A stretch of DNA of 32,000 nucleotides from Archaeoglobus fulgidus DSM 4304. GTDB taxonomy: Archaea; Halobacteriota; Archaeoglobi; Archaeoglobales; Archaeoglobaceae. This document shows, in pieces, positions 7,592 through 17,355 of this stretch; the stretch's first letter is position 1, and each line of letters begins with the position of its first letter. Made by a program: the position numbers and the translations under genes. The notes beneath the pieces are model-generated. The model did no database searches, had not been told where the DNA came from, and saw only the letters and a list, made by a program, of their open reading frames with translations. The stretch covers positions 1,530,001 to 1,562,000 of the forward strand of contig NC_000917.1 in the NCBI RefSeq assembly GCF_000008665.1, in the 5' to 3' direction.

Positions 7592-7599
7592 TTATTAAG
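7592..7599 (-). promoter_or_regulatory. Candidate archaeal TATA box for tRNA-Val
   Basis: The minus strand reads CTTAATAA, ending 24 nt upstream of the tRNA 5' end. That places it at about -31 to -24, the canonical spacing for archaeal TATA elements. Confidence 0.4.
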
Positions 7600-7706
7600 C
7601 TTAACGCCTACCTCTGCAGTATCGGCAATCCAATACATTTCGCAATCAGCGAAATTTAAATCTTATTTCTTCCTTCTTACCGGAAGTTTTATAAGGGAAA
7701 GAGTTT

Positions 7707-8642
7707 ATGCTTGATATGCCAATCGACCCTGTTTACTACCAGCTTGCTGAGTATTTCGACAGTCTGCCGAAGTTCGACCAGTTTTCCTCGGCCAGAGAGT
7801 ACAGGGAGGCGATAAATCGAATATACGAGGAGAGAAACCGGCAGCTGAGCCAGCATGAGAGGGTTGAAAGAGTTGAGGACAGGACGATTAAGGGGAGGAA
7901 CGGAGACATCAGAGTCAGAGTTTACCAGCAGAAGCCCGATTCCCCGGTTCTGGTTTACTATCACGGTGGTGGATTTGTGATTTGCAGCATCGAGTCGCAC
8001 GACGCCTTATGCAGGAGAATTGCGAGACTTTCAAACTCTACCGTAGTCTCCGTGGATTACAGGCTCGCTCCTGAGCACAAGTTTCCCGCCGCAGTTTATG
8101 ATTGCTACGATGCGACCAAGTGGGTTGCTGAGAACGCCGAGGAGCTGAGGATTGACCCGTCAAAAATCTTCGTTGGGGGGGACAGTGCGGGAGGGAATCT
8201 TGCCGCGGCGGTTTCAATAATGGCGAGAGACAGCGGAGAAGATTTCATAAAGCATCAAATTCTAATTTACCCCGTTGTGAACTTTGTAGCCCCCACACCA
8301 TCGCTTCTGGAGTTTGGAGAGGGGCTGTGGATTCTCGACCAGAAGATAATGAGTTGGTTCTCGGAGCAGTACTTCTCCAGAGAGGAAGATAAGTTCAACC
8401 CCCTCGCCTCCGTAATCTTTGCGGACCTTGAGAACCTACCTCCTGCGCTGATCATAACCGCCGAATACGACCCGCTGAGAGATGAAGGAGAAGTTTTCGG
8501 GCAGATGCTGAGAAGAGCCGGTGTTGAGGCGAGCATCGTCAGATACAGAGGCGTGCTTCACGGATTCATCAATTACTATCCCGTGCTGAAGGCTGCGAGG
8601 GATGCGATAAACCAGATTGCCGCTCTTCTTGTGTTCGACTAG
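7707..8642 (+). CDS. estA: Carboxylesterase of the hormone-sensitive-lipase (HSL) family; matches AFEST of A. fulgidus as I recall it
   Basis: 311 aa. It has the HGGG oxyanion motif (VLVYYHGGGFVICS), the nucleophile elbow GDSAGG, and the C-terminal D...H of the catalytic triad (EYDPLRDEG, VLHGF). The N-terminus MLDMPIDPVYYQLAEYF is the one I remember for AFEST. Confidence 0.93.
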   Translation: MLDMPIDPVYYQLAEYFDSLPKFDQFSSAREYREAINRIYEERNRQLSQHERVERVEDRTIKGRNGDIRVRVYQQKPDSPVLVYYHGGGFVICSIESHDALCRRIARLSNSTVVSVDYRLAPEHKFPAAVYDCYDATKWVAENAEELRIDPSKIFVGGDSAGGNLAAAVSIMARDSGEDFIKHQILIYPVVNFVAPTPSLLEFGEGLWILDQKIMSWFSEQYFSREEDKFNPLASVIFADLENLPPALIITAEYDPLRDEGEVFGQMLRRAGVEASIVRYRGVLHGFINYYPVLKAARDAINQIAALLVFD

Positions 8643-9052
8643 ATCCTCTTTCCAAAATTTTTTGCGAGAGTGAGGGCGAACCCGATGGCCTTCTGCACGT
8701 CAGGGTCCCTCAAGGCCTTCATGGCCTCCATCATCCCCATCTGCTCGTAAACCATGGACTCCTCAAAGGCATCGATTAGCCTCTTTATTACTTTGAGAAC
8801 CCTCTCATCGACGGAAAGAAGAATCTTTATCAGCATCTCGAATCTCTCGGCAATCTCCCTGATCTCGTCAGGCGTAAAGGGAACCTTGAACTCGGAGAAC
8901 TTCACTATTTCGTCAAAAACTCCCTTCCTCTCAAGTATCAGGAGCTTGTCGATAGCATCGAGAATTTCGTCGTGGTTCTCGACAACTTTCTCGAAAATCT
9001 CGTATATCGCCTCAGCTGCCTTGGCAAACTTGTCCGGGGATATATCGGTCAT
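8639..9052 (-). CDS. DUF1641-family protein
   Basis: The C-terminal MMEAMKALRDPDVQKAIGFALTLAKNFG resembles the DUF1641 signature (..l.alrdPevqrglgf.l..lk.lg). I prefer the ATG at 9052 because the track GTG at 9061 lies within an AGGTG Shine-Dalgarno. The 3' end overlaps the esterase stop by 4 nt in a convergent arrangement. Confidence 0.55.
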   Translation of the reverse strand: MTDISPDKFAKAAEAIYEIFEKVVENHDEILDAIDKLLILERKGVFDEIVKFSEFKVPFTPDEIREIAERFEMLIKILLSVDERVLKVIKRLIDAFEESMVYEQMGMMEAMKALRDPDVQKAIGFALTLAKNFGKRI

Positions 9053-9081
9053 TCTTCGCACCTAAAAATAAAAAGAGAGGT

Positions 9082-9273
9082 TTACTTCTTTTTCTTCTTG
9101 ATTACTTCCTCAAGCCTTTTTTCTAAGGGCGCCTCATGAGTGTAAGGGCACATGAGATAGTGCTCTACGGCCTTAGCTATTGCATCCTTCGTTGCATTCT
9201 CTCCCGTTTTCCTCTTTAGCTCTTCAAGCACATTTTCAGGCAGCACTGTTTGAGCGTGAACGATTTTCACCAT
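9082..9273 (-). CDS. Small putative ribbon-helix-helix (CopG-like) protein
   Basis: It has a beta-strand-like N-terminus (VKIVHAQTVLPENV) followed by two helices (LEELKRKTG, TKDAIAKAVEHYL) and a lysine-rich tail. I prefer the ATG at 9273, which is preceded by AGGTGG. The family call is tentative. Confidence 0.35.
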   Translation of the reverse strand: MVKIVHAQTVLPENVLEELKRKTGENATKDAIAKAVEHYLMCPYTHEAPLEKRLEEVIKKKKK

Positions 9274-9341
9274 CACTACCACCTATCATTATAATGAACA
9301 CTACCATATTTAAGTTTTTCTCATAATTACAATGTTGAAAT

Positions 9342-9821
9342 TCATTTTTTGTTTCCTCTTACCATTGCCACTTTTCCGGTTCTTGCAAGCTCCTTGATGC
9401 CGTACTGCCTCATCAAGTCAATGAACGCCGAGACCTTGTCTTCATCGCCCGTGACCTCAATAATGAAGCTGTCTCTGGAGACGTCAACTATTCTCGCTCT
9501 GAAGATGTTTGTGAGCTCCACAATTTCGCCCCTCTTCTCTGGAGGTGCGTGAACTCTGATGAGGCACAGCTCTCTTTCGACAGAGCTTTCTGTAATCTCG
9601 CTGACCTTGATTGTTTCAATGAGCTTGTTCAGCTGCTTAATCACCTGCTCAACGACCTTGTCGTCTCCTTCAACGACAATCGTCATTCTTGAAAGGTCAT
9701 CTCTTTCGGTGGTGCCGACTGTCAGGCTCTCTATGTTGAAACCCCTCCTCCTGAACAGTCCCGCAACCCTCGCAAGGACTCCGGGCTTGTTCTCAACCAG
9801 AACGGCTATCGTGTGCTTCAC
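9342..9821 (-). CDS. ilvN: Acetolactate synthase small (regulatory) subunit
   Basis: 159 aa. It has an ACT-domain N-terminus ([34 protein letters not shown]). It lies 9 nt downstream of ilvB, and its GTG start is preceded by GAGGTGG. Confidence 0.9.
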   Translation of the reverse strand: MKHTIAVLVENKPGVLARVAGLFRRRGFNIESLTVGTTERDDLSRMTIVVEGDDKVVEQVIKQLNKLIETIKVSEITESSVERELCLIRVHAPPEKRGEIVELTNIFRARIVDVSRDSFIIEVTGDEDKVSAFIDLMRQYGIKELARTGKVAMVRGNKK

Positions 9822-9830
9822 GCTACCACC

Positions 9831-11489
9831 TCACTCCTCATCGATAATCTCGTTTAACGCCGCTCCCGGCGGGACCATCGGGAAGACGTTTGCCTGGTAG
9901 TCAACTCTGAAGTCTATGACCACCGGCGCGTCGACTTCCTTTGCCTCCTTGAGTGCATCATCGACTTCCGAAGGCTTCTCGACGGTCATGCCTATCGCAC
10001 CGAAACCCCTTGCTATGGCTTCAAATCCCGTTTTCTCGCAGCCAATGCAGGTTGCAGAGTACCTCTCTCTGTAGAACAGCTCCTGCCACTGCCTGACCAT
10101 TCCGAGGTAGCCGTTATTCAGAACCAGAACTTTCACGGGAATCTCGTACTTGACGCATGTTGCAAGCTCCTGGATGTTCATGAAGAAGCTCCCATCCCCT
10201 GCGATGTCTATAACTGTCTTTTCTGGAAACGCGACCTGTGCGCCCATCGCTGCAGGGAAGCCGAAACCCATCGTTCCCAATCCACCGCTTGTTATGAACT
10301 GCCTTGGGTACTTGGTTTTGAAAAACTGAGCAGCCCACATCTGATTCTGTCCAACCTCTGTCGTGATAATAGCGTCCGGCATAATCTCGCAGGCGCGCTC
10401 AATCACGTACTGCGGCTTGAACCCCTCCTTTTTGTACTTCAGCGGATATCTCTTCTTCCAGTCGTTCACCTTGTCCTCCCATTCTTTTCTTTGCTTGTAC
10501 TCCACGGCCTTCTTAAGCTTTGCAAGGACTTTCCTCGCATCTCCGACTATAGGGACGTCAACTCTGACGTTTTTTCCTATTTCTGCAGGATCGATGTCGA
10601 TGTGGATTATCTTTGCCTCTGGTGCGAACATCGCGACGTTTCCGGTTGTTCTGTCGCTGAACCTGCAGCCGACCGCGATAATCAAGTCGCTCTCACTCAA
10701 AGCGTAGTTTGCGTACTTCGTTCCGTGCATTCCGGCGAATCCGAGTGACAGCGGGTGTGTTTCTGGAATTGAGCCTTTTCCCATCAGCGTTGTAACAACG
10801 AAGGCCGGGATTGTTTCTGCAAGCTCGACAAGCTCCTTTGAGGCGTTTGAGATTATGACCCCACCACCGGCAAGTATAACCGGTCTCTCCGCCTTCATTA
10901 TCAGCTCGGCCGCCTTCGCTATCTGCCTCGGATGCCCCTCCAGCTTCGGCTTGTATCCCGGGAGGCTGACCTTCTTGGGGTAGTTGAAGTCTATGTCTGC
11001 GGTTGTGATGTCCTTGGGCAGGTCAACGAGAACCGGACCGGGTCTGCCGGTTGAGGCTATGTGGAAAGCCTCCTTTATCGTGCCCAGAAGGTCTTTGGTG
11101 TCCGTAACCAGGTAGTTGTGCTTGGTTATGGGCATCGTGATTCCGGTTATGTCGGCCTCCTGAAACGCATCGTTTCCGATCATGCTGGTCGGAACCTGGC
11201 CGGTGAAGACAACGAGCGGTGAGGAGTCCATGTAGGCTGTAGCTATGCCGGTAACGGTGTTCGTCGCTCCGGGTCCGGAGGTGGCGAAGGCAACCCCCAC
11301 TTTGCCGCTCGCCCTTGCGTAGCCGTCTGCCGCGTGGGTCGCACCCTGCTCGTGCCTCGTTGTTATGTGCCTTATTCCCGAATCGTAGAGCGCATCGTAG
11401 ACCTCAATAATCGCACCTCCGGGTATTCCAAACACGACCTCTATACCTTCCATCTCCAAAGCCTTGACAATGGCATCAGCAGCACGCAT
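9831..11489 (-). CDS. ilvB: Acetolactate synthase large (catalytic) subunit, ThDP-dependent
   Basis: 552 aa. The N-terminus is typical ([38 protein letters not shown]). The ThDP/Mg motif is present ([16 protein letters not shown]...[12 protein letters not shown]). Confidence 0.92.
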   Translation of the reverse strand: MRAADAIVKALEMEGIEVVFGIPGGAIIEVYDALYDSGIRHITTRHEQGATHAADGYARASGKVGVAFATSGPGATNTVTGIATAYMDSSPLVVFTGQVPTSMIGNDAFQEADITGITMPITKHNYLVTDTKDLLGTIKEAFHIASTGRPGPVLVDLPKDITTADIDFNYPKKVSLPGYKPKLEGHPRQIAKAAELIMKAERPVILAGGGVIISNASKELVELAETIPAFVVTTLMGKGSIPETHPLSLGFAGMHGTKYANYALSESDLIIAVGCRFSDRTTGNVAMFAPEAKIIHIDIDPAEIGKNVRVDVPIVGDARKVLAKLKKAVEYKQRKEWEDKVNDWKKRYPLKYKKEGFKPQYVIERACEIMPDAIITTEVGQNQMWAAQFFKTKYPRQFITSGGLGTMGFGFPAAMGAQVAFPEKTVIDIAGDGSFFMNIQELATCVKYEIPVKVLVLNNGYLGMVRQWQELFYRERYSATCIGCEKTGFEAIARGFGAIGMTVEKPSEVDDALKEAKEVDAPVVIDFRVDYQANVFPMVPPGAALNEIIDEE

Positions 11490-11671
11490 TTAAAACCACC
11501 TCTAACTCCTTTAGAAAAGAAGTAAAAGCTGTACTACAATGAACTCTTTTCCAGAGAACTTTTTCATCACTCCCACCACCAGCATGCGCTTTAAAAAGTT
11601 TTGGTTCGCCCAGGCAAGGTAATTGCACTGCTGCAAGCTAAGTTTTAAAAACTACTTACCTTTGTAGGAAA

Positions 11672-13258
11672 GTGTTAACCAGAAAGGTTCTGCTCGTTGG
11701 TGGAGGAGTTTTGGTCGTTTCAGTTATTGTTATCTACGCCGGACTGTACTTTGCCACTCAATCCTTGTTTGACCATATTGACGTTAACAACGCGTTAAAC
11801 AGGGCTGAATTGGTTCATTCAGCACTTTTTCATGAGGTTGATGCGATAGATTCCTTCTGTGCGGACTGGGCCGAGTGGGATGACACTTACAATTTCGTAC
11901 TAAATCGAAACATGGACTACGTTGAATCAAATCTTGTTGATGAAACCTTTCCAACTCTGAATGTAAACTATATCGTCTATCTCGACAGAAACGGAGAGGT
12001 GGTGCTTGCAAAGGGTTATGATCTGGAAAACGAAACAGCCATGAACCCCTCTCAGCCGCTGATTGAGCGGTTCAGGGAACTCTCCGCCAGAAACGATTTG
12101 GACGTCAAGAAGGGCTTTTTGAGGTTTGATAACTCCATTTACGCCTTCTCGGCCAGACCGATCCTGAGGAGCGACGAGACCGGCCCGTACGCTGGGACTC
12201 TAATCTTTGCGCGAATCGTGGACGACTCTTTTATCCAAAGCCCATCGAAAATTGCAGGTTTGAGCTTCAAAATACTGCCGGTACCAAAGGAGAAGAGTGT
12301 AAAATTTGTGAACGAAAGCGCGTTGCTGGTTGAATTTCCTCTTGAGGATTACAGCGGAAGGGTTGTAGGAACAATCGAGTTTTACGCCGAAAGGGAGGCT
12401 CTTGGAATTCTCAGCTCGCTTTACCTGCCTTTGGCATTTGCGGGTACAGCTGTTGGCATTCTGGTGGTTCTTGGCTACCTCCTTTTCGTTAAAAGGGCTG
12501 TGGTGGACAGGGTTGAGAGGCTGGCTGAGAGTCTGGGCAGAATTATGGAGAAAGGTGCGGGAAGGGTGGAGGTTGAGGGCTGTGACGAAATCACTCTGCT
12601 GGAGAAGAGGATAAATGAGCTTCTCGATGCAATCTCAGGCAAGATTGAGGAAGTTGAGGAGCTGAACCAGAACTTAAGGTTGGTAAACAAGTTGATGAGG
12701 CACGATATTCTGAACGACCTCACGTCAATACAGCTGGCCGTGGAGGTTCTGAAGGAGGAGGGAATGAATGATGGAATGGTAATGAACATTGAGAGGTCTG
12801 TCAGCAGGATTGCAGACTTGATAAGGAGGGTGAGAACTCTTGAGGAGATAATGGGGCGCGAAGCCGAACTCGTGGAAATTGACTTGAAAGACATCATAGA
12901 GGAAATTGCGGAGAAGTACAATGTGGAGGTGGAGGTTGAGGGAGAGACGATGTTTATGGCCGACAAGAACGTGGTTTCGGTGTTTGACAACCTGATTTCA
13001 AATTCGGTAAGGCACGGCAATGCGGACAAAGTCTTCATAAGAGGGGAGAAGAGGAACGGAAAGTGCTACGTTACCTTCTCAGACAACGGAAGTGGGATTC
13101 CCGAGGAGATTTCTGACAGAATTTTTGAGGAGGGTTTCAGCACGAAGGGGAGTGGTCTGGGGCTTTACATCGTTAAAAAGCTGATGAGCAGATATGGCGG
13201 GGAGATAAGGCTTTTGTCAGCCAGTCCGGCAACTTTCCAGTTAGTGTTTAAATGTTAG
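11672..13258 (+). CDS. Membrane sensor histidine kinase with an extracytoplasmic (CHASE4-like) sensor domain
   Basis: 528 aa. There is an N-terminal TM helix, then a sensor region containing FCADWAEWDDTYNFV, which resembles CHASE4. A second TM helix follows, then an H-box (LMRHDILNDLTSI) and HATPase_c N, G1 and G2 boxes (NLISNSVRHG, DNGSGIP, GSGLGLYIV). No response regulator lies adjacent. Confidence 0.85.
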   Translation: MLTRKVLLVGGGVLVVSVIVIYAGLYFATQSLFDHIDVNNALNRAELVHSALFHEVDAIDSFCADWAEWDDTYNFVLNRNMDYVESNLVDETFPTLNVNYIVYLDRNGEVVLAKGYDLENETAMNPSQPLIERFRELSARNDLDVKKGFLRFDNSIYAFSARPILRSDETGPYAGTLIFARIVDDSFIQSPSKIAGLSFKILPVPKEKSVKFVNESALLVEFPLEDYSGRVVGTIEFYAEREALGILSSLYLPLAFAGTAVGILVVLGYLLFVKRAVVDRVERLAESLGRIMEKGAGRVEVEGCDEITLLEKRINELLDAISGKIEEVEELNQNLRLVNKLMRHDILNDLTSIQLAVEVLKEEGMNDGMVMNIERSVSRIADLIRRVRTLEEIMGREAELVEIDLKDIIEEIAEKYNVEVEVEGETMFMADKNVVSVFDNLISNSVRHGNADKVFIRGEKRNGKCYVTFSDNGSGIPEEISDRIFEEGFSTKGSGLGLYIVKKLMSRYGGEIRLLSASPATFQLVFKC

Positions 13259-13444
13259 AAAGATTTATATGGTGAATGTGTTAATGATGATTAGGAATAC
13301 CAGCACCAATCCCCGCATACCCCCAATTTTTTAATCTCTATTAATTATAGGTTTTCGCTGCGGAGAGGCAAAGAATAGAAAAGAGCCATTATATTCATTT
13401 CACCATCCAGAAAGCTTATTTTGCGTGTTACTCAGTGTTGAAAG

Positions 13445-16400
13445 ATGGATGCAACTCTTGACAGGTTCTTCCCATTGTTTGAATCTGAGTCCAATGAGGA
13501 TTTCTGGAGGATTGAGGAAATCAGAAGGTATCACGAGTCCTTAATGGTTGAACTTGATAGAATTTACAGGATTGCGGAGGCTGCAAGGAAGAAGGGGCTT
13601 GACCCCGAGCTGAGCGTTGAGATTCCGATTGCGAAGAACATGGCGGAGAGAGTTGAAAAGCTGATGAATTTGCAGGGTTTGGCGAAACGCATAATGGAGC
13701 TTGAGGAGGGGGGATTGAGCAGGGAGCTCATCTGCTTTAAGGTTGCCGACGAAATTGTTGAGGGCAAGTTTGGAGAAATGCCTAAGGAGGAGGCAATTGA
13801 CAAAGCCGTCAGAACCGCCGTTGCGATAATGACCGAAGGTGTTGTGGCTGCACCAATTGAGGGCATTGCGAGGGTTAGAATCGACAGGGAGAACTTCCTT
13901 CGGGTTTACTATGCAGGCCCGATCAGAAGCGCTGGTGGGACGGCTCAGGTTATTTCCGTTCTTGTTGCTGATTATGTGAGGAGAAAGGCCGAAATTGGCA
14001 GGTACGTGCCTACAGAGGAGGAAATTCTGAGGTACTGTGAGGAGATTCCCCTTTACAAAAAGGTTGCAAACCTTCAGTACCTCCCGAGCGATGAGGAAAT
14101 CAGGCTTATCGTTTCTAACTGTCCGATATGCATCGACGGTGAGCCGACGGAAAGTGCCGAGGTTTCCGGCTACAGGAATCTGCCGAGGGTGGAGACGAAC
14201 AGAGTTAGGGGAGGAATGGCACTCGTTATTGCGGAGGGGATTGCGCTAAAGGCTCCAAAGCTTAAGAAGATGGTCGATGAGGTTGGCATAGAGGGCTGGG
14301 AGTGGCTCGATGCGTTGATTAAGGGGGGAGGGGATAGCGGTAGTGAGGAGGAGAAGGCAGTAATCAAGCCGAAGGACAAGTATCTTTCCGATATTGTTGC
14401 TGGAAGACCAGTCCTTAGCCATCCGTCCAGAAAGGGCGGATTCAGGCTCCGCTACGGAAGGGCGAGAAACTCAGGCTTCGCCACCGTCGGAGTAAACCCC
14501 GCAACGATGTACCTTCTCGAGTTTGTTGCTGTCGGCACGCAGCTTAAGGTTGAGAGACCCGGAAAGGCCGGAGGTGTTGTGCCGGTCTCGACCATTGAGG
14601 GTCCGACCGTCAGGCTCAAAAACGGGGATGTGGTTAAAATCAACACTCTGAGCGAGGCGAAGGCTTTAAAGGGGGAAGTTGCGGCAATTCTCGACCTCGG
14701 GGAAATTCTGATTAACTACGGCGATTTTCTTGAGAACAACCACCCCCTGATTCCCGCATCCTACACATACGAGTGGTGGATTCAGGAGGCTGAAAAGGCC
14801 GGTTTGAGGGGGGACTACAGAAAGATAAGCGAAGAGGAGGCTTTAAAGCTGTGCGACGAGTTCCACGTGCCGCTGCATCCGGATTACACCTACTTGTGGC
14901 ACGACATAAGCGTTGAGGATTACAGGTATCTGCGAAACTTCGTCTCGGACAATGGGAAAATAGAGGGGAAGCACGGAAAGAGCGTGCTGCTCCTACCCTA
15001 CGATTCCAGAGTAAAGGAGATTTTGGAAGCTCTGCTTCTGGAGCACAAGGTCAGGGAGTCCTTCATCGTTATAGAAACCTGGAGGGCCTTCATCAGGTGC
15101 CTCGGGCTGGATGAGAAGCTCTCAAAGGTTTCGGAAGTTTCTGGAAAGGATGTTCTTGAAATCGTGAACGGCATTTCTGGAATAAAGGTAAGGCCGAAAG
15201 CCCTGTCGAGGATAGGGGCGAGGATGGGAAGGCCAGAAAAGGCCAAGGAAAGGAAGATGAGCCCTCCCCCTCACATTCTTTTCCCCGTCGGCATGGCGGG
15301 AGGGAACACGAGAGACATAAAGAACGCAATAAACTACACAAAGAGCTACAACGCGAAAAAAGGCGAAATAGAGGTGGAGATTGCAATCAGGAAGTGCCCG
15401 CAATGCGGAAAGGAGACCTTCTGGCTCAAGTGCGACGTTTGTGGTGAGCTTACAGAGCAGCTCTACTACTGCCCGTCCTGCAGGATGAAGAACACCTCAA
15501 GCGTCTGCGAGAGCTGTGGCAGAGAGTGTGAGGGGTACATGAAGAGAAAGGTTGACCTCAGGGAGCTTTACGAGGAGGCAATAGCAAACCTCGGCGAATA
15601 CGACTCCTTTGATACGATAAAAGGAGTGAAGGGAATGACATCCAAAACGAAAATTCCAGAGAGACTCGAAAAGGGGATACTGAGGGTCAAGCACGGCGTT
15701 TTTGTGTTCAAAGATGGTACGGCAAGGTTCGACGCAACGGACCTTCCGATAACGCACTTCAAACCAGCGGAAATTGGTGTAAGCGTTGAGAAGCTGAGGG
15801 AGCTTGGTTACGAGAGGGACTACAAGGGAGCGGAGCTGAAAAATGAGAACCAGATTGTTGAGCTCAAACCGCAGGATGTGATACTGCCGAAGAGTGGAGC
15901 GGAGTACCTGCTCAGGGTGGCGAACTTCATAGACGATTTGCTGGTTAAGTTTTACAAAATGGAACCCTTTTACAACGCTAAAAGCGTTGAAGACCTCATC
16001 GGACACCTGGTTATAGGACTCGCTCCCCACACCTCGGCAGGGGTGCTGGGCAGAATAATAGGATTCTCAGACGTTCTTGCTGGCTACGCGCATCCGTACT
16101 TCCACGCGGCAAAGAGGAGGAACTGCGACGGTGATGAGGACTGCTTCATGCTCTTGCTCGACGGCCTGCTGAACTTCTCTCGAAAGTTCCTCCCCGACAA
16201 GCGAGGAGGGCAGATGGACGCACCTCTCGTTTTGACAGCCATAGTCGATCCGAGGGAGGTCGACAAGGAGGTTCACAACATGGACATAGTGGAGCGCTAC
16301 CCTCTTGAGTTCTATGAAGCTACGATGAGGTTCGCCAGCCCCAAGGAGATGGAGGACTACGTTGAGAAGGTAAAGGACAGGTTAAAGGATGAAAGCCGTT

Positions 16401-16876
16401 TCTGCGGGCTTTTCTTCACCCACGACACGGAGAACATTGCTGCGGGAGTGAAGGAGAGCGCATACAAATCCCTGAAAACGATGCAGGATAAGGTTTACAG
16501 GCAGATGGAGCTCGCTAGAATGATTGTAGCTGTTGATGAACACGATGTGGCCGAGAGGGTTATAAACGTGCACTTCCTGCCCGACATTATCGGCAACCTG
16601 AGAGCCTTCTCAAGACAGGAGTTCCGCTGTACAAGGTGCAACACGAAGTACCGCAGAATCCCCCTTGTGGGGAAGTGCTTGAAGTGCGGTAACAAGCTCA
16701 CGCTTACGGTGCACAGCAGCTCCATAATGAAGTATCTCGAGCTGTCCAAGTTTCTCTGCGAAAACTTCAACGTTTCCAGCTACACCAAGCAGAGACTAAT
16801 GCTTCTCGAGCAGGAAATAAAATCTATGTTCGAAAATGGTACTGAAAAGCAAGTGTCAATATCCGATTTCGTTTGA
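13445..16876 (+). CDS. polC: DNA polymerase II (PolD) large subunit DP2
   Basis: 1143 aa. Cys-cluster zinc modules are present (CPQCGKETFWLKCDVCG, CPSCRMKNTSSVCESCG, CTRCNTKYRRIPLVGKCLKCG). The catalytic acidic motif KRRNCDGDEDCFMLLLD is present. The length is consistent with no intein. Confidence 0.95.
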   Translation: MDATLDRFFPLFESESNEDFWRIEEIRRYHESLMVELDRIYRIAEAARKKGLDPELSVEIPIAKNMAERVEKLMNLQGLAKRIMELEEGGLSRELICFKVADEIVEGKFGEMPKEEAIDKAVRTAVAIMTEGVVAAPIEGIARVRIDRENFLRVYYAGPIRSAGGTAQVISVLVADYVRRKAEIGRYVPTEEEILRYCEEIPLYKKVANLQYLPSDEEIRLIVSNCPICIDGEPTESAEVSGYRNLPRVETNRVRGGMALVIAEGIALKAPKLKKMVDEVGIEGWEWLDALIKGGGDSGSEEEKAVIKPKDKYLSDIVAGRPVLSHPSRKGGFRLRYGRARNSGFATVGVNPATMYLLEFVAVGTQLKVERPGKAGGVVPVSTIEGPTVRLKNGDVVKINTLSEAKALKGEVAAILDLGEILINYGDFLENNHPLIPASYTYEWWIQEAEKAGLRGDYRKISEEEALKLCDEFHVPLHPDYTYLWHDISVEDYRYLRNFVSDNGKIEGKHGKSVLLLPYDSRVKEILEALLLEHKVRESFIVIETWRAFIRCLGLDEKLSKVSEVSGKDVLEIVNGISGIKVRPKALSRIGARMGRPEKAKERKMSPPPHILFPVGMAGGNTRDIKNAINYTKSYNAKKGEIEVEIAIRKCPQCGKETFWLKCDVCGELTEQLYYCPSCRMKNTSSVCESCGRECEGYMKRKVDLRELYEEAIANLGEYDSFDTIKGVKGMTSKTKIPERLEKGILRVKHGVFVFKDGTARFDATDLPITHFKPAEIGVSVEKLRELGYERDYKGAELKNENQIVELKPQDVILPKSGAEYLLRVANFIDDLLVKFYKMEPFYNAKSVEDLIGHLVIGLAPHTSAGVLGRIIGFSDVLAGYAHPYFHAAKRRNCDGDEDCFMLLLDGLLNFSRKFLPDKRGGQMDAPLVLTAIVDPREVDKEVHNMDIVERYPLEFYEATMRFASPKEMEDYVEKVKDRLKDESRFCGLFFTHDTENIAAGVKESAYKSLKTMQDKVYRQMELARMIVAVDEHDVAERVINVHFLPDIIGNLRAFSRQEFRCTRCNTKYRRIPLVGKCLKCGNKLTLTVHSSSIMKYLELSKFLCENFNVSSYTKQRLMLLEQEIKSMFENGTEKQVSISDFV

Positions 16877-16912
16877 CAATAGTAATATATAGTTTGAAGT
16901 CAAAACTCACCT

Positions 16913-17329
16913 GTGGACGAGAAGGATTTGAAAATAATCGAGCTGCTCGTAAGCAACGCGAGGATTCCGAAAACGAGGATTGCAAAGGAGCTAAACGTGA
17001 CAGAGGCGGCTGTTAGAAAGAGAATAGCGAATCTGGAGAGAAGAGAGGAGATTCTGGGCTACAAGGCAATCATCAACTACAAAAAGGTTGGCCTTAGCGC
17101 CTCGCTCACAGGTGTTGATGTTGACCCAGATAAACTTTGGAAGGTTGTTGAGGAGCTCAAGGACCTTGAAAGCGTCAAGTCGCTCTGGCTCACCACTGGA
17201 GACCACACGATAATGGCGGAAATCATAGCAAAGTCGGTTCAGGAGCTTTCAGAAATTCACCAGAAAATAGCGGAGATGGAAGGGGTTAAGAGAGTCTGCC
17301 CCTCAATAATAACGGATATCGTAAAGTAG
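16913..17329 (+). CDS. Lrp/AsnC-family transcriptional regulator
   Basis: 138 aa. The N-terminal HTH reads DEKDLKIIELLVSNARIPKTRIAKELNVTEAAVRKRIANLE. A C-terminal RAM/AsnC_trans_reg-like domain follows. The start codon is GTG. Confidence 0.85.
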   Translation: MDEKDLKIIELLVSNARIPKTRIAKELNVTEAAVRKRIANLERREEILGYKAIINYKKVGLSASLTGVDVDPDKLWKVVEELKDLESVKSLWLTTGDHTIMAEIIAKSVQELSEIHQKIAEMEGVKRVCPSIITDIVK

Positions 17330-17355
17330 ATTAGCCTTTGCGAAGAGTTCGAGCA

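Noticed and set aside
7456-7638. 60-aa track ORF on the minus strand. I considered whether it could be an SSV-type integrase N-fragment overlapping a tRNA.
   Set aside because: The ORF reads straight through the tRNA-Val gene (7496-7568), and its sequence shows no integrase-like motif. It is explained by the tRNA. No integrase or att duplication was found in the window.
12475-13038. 187-aa minus-strand ORF inside the histidine kinase gene.
   Set aside because: It is a Ser/Ile/Thr-rich, low-complexity antisense translation of the kinase coiled-coil and H-box region. The kinase frame carries all the conserved boxes.
13283-13289. ATGATGA (C-box-like) in the kinase-polC intergenic region, a possible C/D-box sRNA.
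   Set aside because: No CTGA D or D' box lies within the next 60 nt or so, and there is no C' box or terminal stem. The other intergenic regions I scanned (7256-7495, 21421-21497) also lack C and D box pairs.
15497-16030. 177-aa minus-strand ORF, and several 60-100-aa ORFs on both strands, inside polC.
   Set aside because: The PolD DP2 frame is continuous over 1143 codons with conserved Zn clusters and the NCDGDED motif. The others are shadow ORFs.
13445-16876. Possible intein in the PolD large subunit.
   Set aside because: The length of 1143 aa and the uninterrupted conserved blocks are consistent with an intein-free DP2. No Cys/Ser...His-Asn splice-junction pattern interrupts a conserved motif.
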